A model generated the notes under the pieces. That model saw only the letters and a list, made by a program, of their open reading frames with translations. It was not told the DNA's origin and ran no database searches. Shown here in pieces: positions 61,521-64,000 of a stretch of DNA of 64,000 bases (positions within the stretch are counted from its first letter, which is position 1; each line of letters opens with the position of its first letter). The position numbers were made by a program, and so were the translations under genes. Origin of the DNA: Gammaproteobacteria bacterium (GTDB lineage Bacteria > Pseudomonadota > Gammaproteobacteria > JAJDYQ01); assembly GCA_963662865.1 (NCBI GenBank), contig OY759969.1, forward strand, positions 1,424,565 through 1,488,564, in the 5' to 3' direction.

Positions 61521-61895
61521 TCAAAAGTGCCTGCCAAGCATGGCGCCTGCCCATGCCCCGGCGACGCATAGAACGACGCTAAGCAGGATATTCAGCGCGG
61601 CTTTTGATAATTCGCCATTTTCAATCAGGTTTAGCGTTTCCACGGAAAATGTGGAGAAGGTGGTGAACGCACCGAGCAGGCCGATCAGAATGGCTGAACG
61701 CAGTTCAGGATTGATTTGTACCCGGTCCATAAACAGGACGTAGCATAACCCCATTAGCAGGCTGCCGCTGACGTTGACGATTAATGTGCCATAGGGAAAT
61801 TCTTTACCGAGTAAAGTATGGATGCCGGTCGATACATAGAAGCGCAGCAGTGTGCCAATCGCGCCACCACCCGCTATGGCCAGCGCCTGCATCAT
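61521..61895 (-). CDS. crcB: Fluoride ion channel CrcB (FluC)
   Basis: 124 aa with four TM segments. It has the CrcB signature GAFTTFSTFS and N-terminal GGAIGTLLR. Its start overlaps the rarA stop by 4 nt. Confidence 0.85.
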   Translation of the reverse strand: MMQALAIAGGGAIGTLLRFYVSTGIHTLLGKEFPYGTLIVNVSGSLLMGLCYVLFMDRVQINPELRSAILIGLLGAFTTFSTFSVETLNLIENGELSKAALNILLSVVLCVAGAWAGAMLGRHF

Positions 61896-63256
61896 GCTTT
61901 CGTCTCCTGCTTTGCCTGCTCTGCATATAGTGTGTCCAGTTCTTTCAGGCGCTGTAATTTTTCCCTGATCCTGGTCTCCAGTCCTCGATTGACCGGCTGA
62001 TAGTATTCACGTGGTGACATATCGTCAGGGAGATACTGCTCGCCTGCCGCATAGGCTTCGGGTTCATCGTGTGCGTAGCGGTAATCCCGGCCATGGCCCA
62101 GTTCTTTCATCAGTCTGGTCGGGGCATTACATAAATGAATCGGGACCGGGGCGCTGCCACCGGCCTTTACGTCCCGCATGGCGGCTTTATATGCCATATA
62201 AACGGCATTGCTCTTTGGTGCGCAGGCCATGTAGGTAACCGCCTGTGCAATCGCCAGCTCGCCTTCCGGGCTGCCGAGCCGTTCGCAGGTCTCCCAGGCG
62301 TCCAGCGCTATTCTTAGAGCCCGAGGGTCGGCATTGCCAATGTCTTCGCTTGCCATGCGTACAACGCGGCGGGCGATGTAGAACGGGTCGCATCCTCCGT
62401 CAATCATTCGGGTAAACCAGTATAGTGAGGCATCCGGGCTGGAGCCGCGCACGGATTTATGCAGGGCTGATATCTGGTCATAAAAGGCATCACCACCTTT
62501 GTCGAATCTCCGGAGGCTGTCTGATACGACATCGGTCAGAATTTCATCGGAAATAATGTATTTTTCTTCTTCATTCAAACGACAGATATCGACAGCCAGT
62601 TCCAGCAGGTTGAGTGCTCTTCTGGCGTCTCCATCGGCAAATCCGGCCAATCGCTCAATCTGTTCTTCGGTTATCTCGATATCCAGATGCTTCAGCCCTT
62701 TTTCGTCCTTGAGGGCGCGCCGTATAACGTGCGATACGGCATTGTCATCAAGCGCTTTAAGTACGTAGGTTCGTGTACGTGATAGTAAGGCGTTGTTCAA
62801 TTGAAAGGATGGGTTTTCGGTTGTCGCTCCTATAAAGTAAATCAGGCCATTTTCTACATGCGGAAGAAATGCGTCCTGTTGCGCCTTATTAAATCGGTGA
62901 ACTTCGTCAACGAAGACTACGGTGCTTTGCAGGTGCGCCAACGCTTGTTGCGCCTGTTCCACGGCACGGCGTATTTCTTTAACGCCATCAAGTACCGCAG
63001 AGATTGATAGAAACCGGGCGTCGCTGTAATTTGCTATCAGCCGTGCCAGCGTTGTCTTGCCGGTACCGGGCGGGCCCCACAGTACCATGGAATGCAGCTT
63101 TTCCTCTTCGATGGCCTGGCGAAGGGGCTTGCCTGCATTGAGTAAATGTTCCTGCCCATACACGTGTTCCAGATATTCAGGACGCAGGCGATCTGCCAGA
63201 GGCCGCATATCCAGTCCCGATTGCTGATGCAGACCCAGTTCAGGCTTGTTAATCAC
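61892..63256 (-). CDS. rarA: Replication-associated recombination protein A (RarA/MgsA), AAA+ ATPase
   Basis: Walker A GPPGTGKTTLA, Walker B VVFVDEVHRFN, and a MgsA C-terminal helical domain. Conserved lolA-rarA synteny. Confidence 0.9.
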   Translation of the reverse strand: MINKPELGLHQQSGLDMRPLADRLRPEYLEHVYGQEHLLNAGKPLRQAIEEEKLHSMVLWGPPGTGKTTLARLIANYSDARFLSISAVLDGVKEIRRAVEQAQQALAHLQSTVVFVDEVHRFNKAQQDAFLPHVENGLIYFIGATTENPSFQLNNALLSRTRTYVLKALDDNAVSHVIRRALKDEKGLKHLDIEITEEQIERLAGFADGDARRALNLLELAVDICRLNEEEKYIISDEILTDVVSDSLRRFDKGGDAFYDQISALHKSVRGSSPDASLYWFTRMIDGGCDPFYIARRVVRMASEDIGNADPRALRIALDAWETCERLGSPEGELAIAQAVTYMACAPKSNAVYMAYKAAMRDVKAGGSAPVPIHLCNAPTRLMKELGHGRDYRYAHDEPEAYAAGEQYLPDDMSPREYYQPVNRGLETRIREKLQRLKELDTLYAEQAKQETKA

Positions 63257-63885
63257 GGCTGCTCTGTTGTGTTAATCACGTCAACACCGACAGGCGGTAC
63301 AAAGTTGAATTGGGCTTCGTCGAGATTGGAGTTCATTTCGATGTTGTGGAATGACAGGCTGTTGTGTTGGTCGAAGTTGTCGTAGAACTCTATTGCGACC
63401 GGCTTTTTGCCGGAAAAGGTCAATACCGTATATTTGAAACCGGCATTGTTGTCCTTCGGTATCAGCTTGATTTTCTGCTCTCCCGTTGCGCCGGGAAGCA
63501 GTTCGACTGCATAGAGTTCCAGGATTGAATCGGGATTATCGAGGATGGTCAGCGGGGAACGGGCCAGCCTGTCATCGGCAGGGCGTATGGTGACCTGCTC
63601 CAGATCTCTGTCAAAGACCCACAGGGTTCTTCCGTCTGAAACGATTTCCTGTTCATATGGTGTTTCATAAATCCAGCGAAACTTTCCGGGGCGCTTAAAA
63701 GCCATGTGCCCCAGTGACGGCTCCGCGGCGGCGGGTTCAGCGCTAATCAGGTGTTGCCTGAAGTCCGCTGAAAAAGAGTTCAGGCTGTCCAGATTCGTCA
63801 TTAATTCATCGATATCAGCAGAGGCATGGCTGCCGGACACAAGCAGCAAGGACACCAGCGTAAACAGATATTTATATCCGGACAT
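63253..63885 (-). CDS. lolA: Outer-membrane lipoprotein carrier protein LolA
   Basis: Signal peptide plus the LolA unclosed beta-barrel signature (FSADFRQ...[25 protein letters not shown]). It is downstream of ftsK, as in E. coli. Confidence 0.85.
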   Translation of the reverse strand: MSGYKYLFTLVSLLLVSGSHASADIDELMTNLDSLNSFSADFRQHLISAEPAAAEPSLGHMAFKRPGKFRWIYETPYEQEIVSDGRTLWVFDRDLEQVTIRPADDRLARSPLTILDNPDSILELYAVELLPGATGEQKIKLIPKDNNAGFKYTVLTFSGKKPVAIEFYDNFDQHNSLSFHNIEMNSNLDEAQFNFVPPVGVDVINTTEQP

Positions 63886-64000
63886 CTTGCTCGGGAGTCA
63901 GTATCTCCCTGGTGCCATTAGAACCGGGTGGCCCAACCAGACCAACCGCTTCCATTTGCTCAATCATACGGGCAGCGCGGTTATAGCCGACTTTCAGCTT
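63871..64000 (-). CDS. ftsK: DNA translocase FtsK, extreme C-terminus (gamma/winged-helix domain), partial at window edge
   Basis: Reverse translation gives ...[42 protein letters not shown]-stop, matching the FtsK gamma domain end. The stop overlaps the lolA start region. Confidence 0.7.

Noticed and set aside
61896-61960. Fluoride riboswitch (crcB motif) upstream of crcB
   Set aside because: The crcB start overlaps the rarA stop, so there is no intergenic space for a riboswitch. crcB appears co-transcribed with rarA.
1-64000. CRISPR arrays or cas genes
   Set aside because: No regularly spaced short direct repeats with unique spacers were seen. The only tandem repeats are the ~790-bp coding repeats in the adhesin gene and short 10-14-bp duplications.

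Overview
The window looks like a gammaproteobacterial chromosomal segment. Its backbone is about 50% GC and carries familiar housekeeping synteny: queG<->nnr-tsaE-amiB, a CbiX-like chelatase, an RND efflux pair (adaptor plus AcrB-type pump), mnmH, rapA, pilZ-holB, a PPTase, purF-cvpA, a NitT/TauT-type ABC transporter, and crcB-rarA-lolA-ftsK at the right edge.

Two regions stand out.

(1) A ~20.6 kb accessory/defense island begins right after a tRNA-Leu(CAG) gene and runs to ~45.9 kb. A tandem 5' tRNA-Leu fragment precedes the gene. The island has mosaic base composition and no integrase. All its genes are on the minus strand.
- (a) A tightly coupled pair: a 277-aa protein plus a 1083-aa Ski2/Hel308-like SF2 helicase. 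The architecture resembles Hachiman (HamA/HamB).
- (b) One compact array encoding a Phd/YefM antitoxin, a RelE/ParE toxin, an excisionase-type HTH protein, a 924-aa MmeI/PglX-like gamma-class N6-adenine methyltransferase, a 683-aa ResIII-like helicase and a 405-aa T5orf172 (GIY-YIG-like) protein. This is a YeeABC-like methylase-helicase-T5orf172 module with no experimentally defined function as far as I know. It is the best candidate for an undescribed defense system in the window.
- (c) A type I R-M operon (hsdM-hsdS-hsdR) led by a GmrSD-like (DUF262/DUF1524) type IV enzyme, with a truncated nucleotidyltransferase remnant next to it.

(2) A ~10 kb, strongly GC-rich gene encodes a 3379-aa autotransporter-type adhesin. 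It has at least four tandem ~790-bp repeat units (Calx-beta-like), a C-terminal beta-barrel, and a 28-nt poly-G/C homopolymer immediately upstream of its RBS and start codon. The tract is a strong phase-variation candidate.

Smaller items: an AT-rich 0.8-kb gap encoding a 44-aa secreted acidic peptide, a double-cNMP-binding/rhodanese fusion, an NYN-domain protein after the RND operon, and a 0.6-kb noncoding gap upstream of pilZ.

No CRISPR array, rRNA or integrase was seen. Many plus-strand ORFs in the ORF track inside the GC-rich genes are antisense artefacts.
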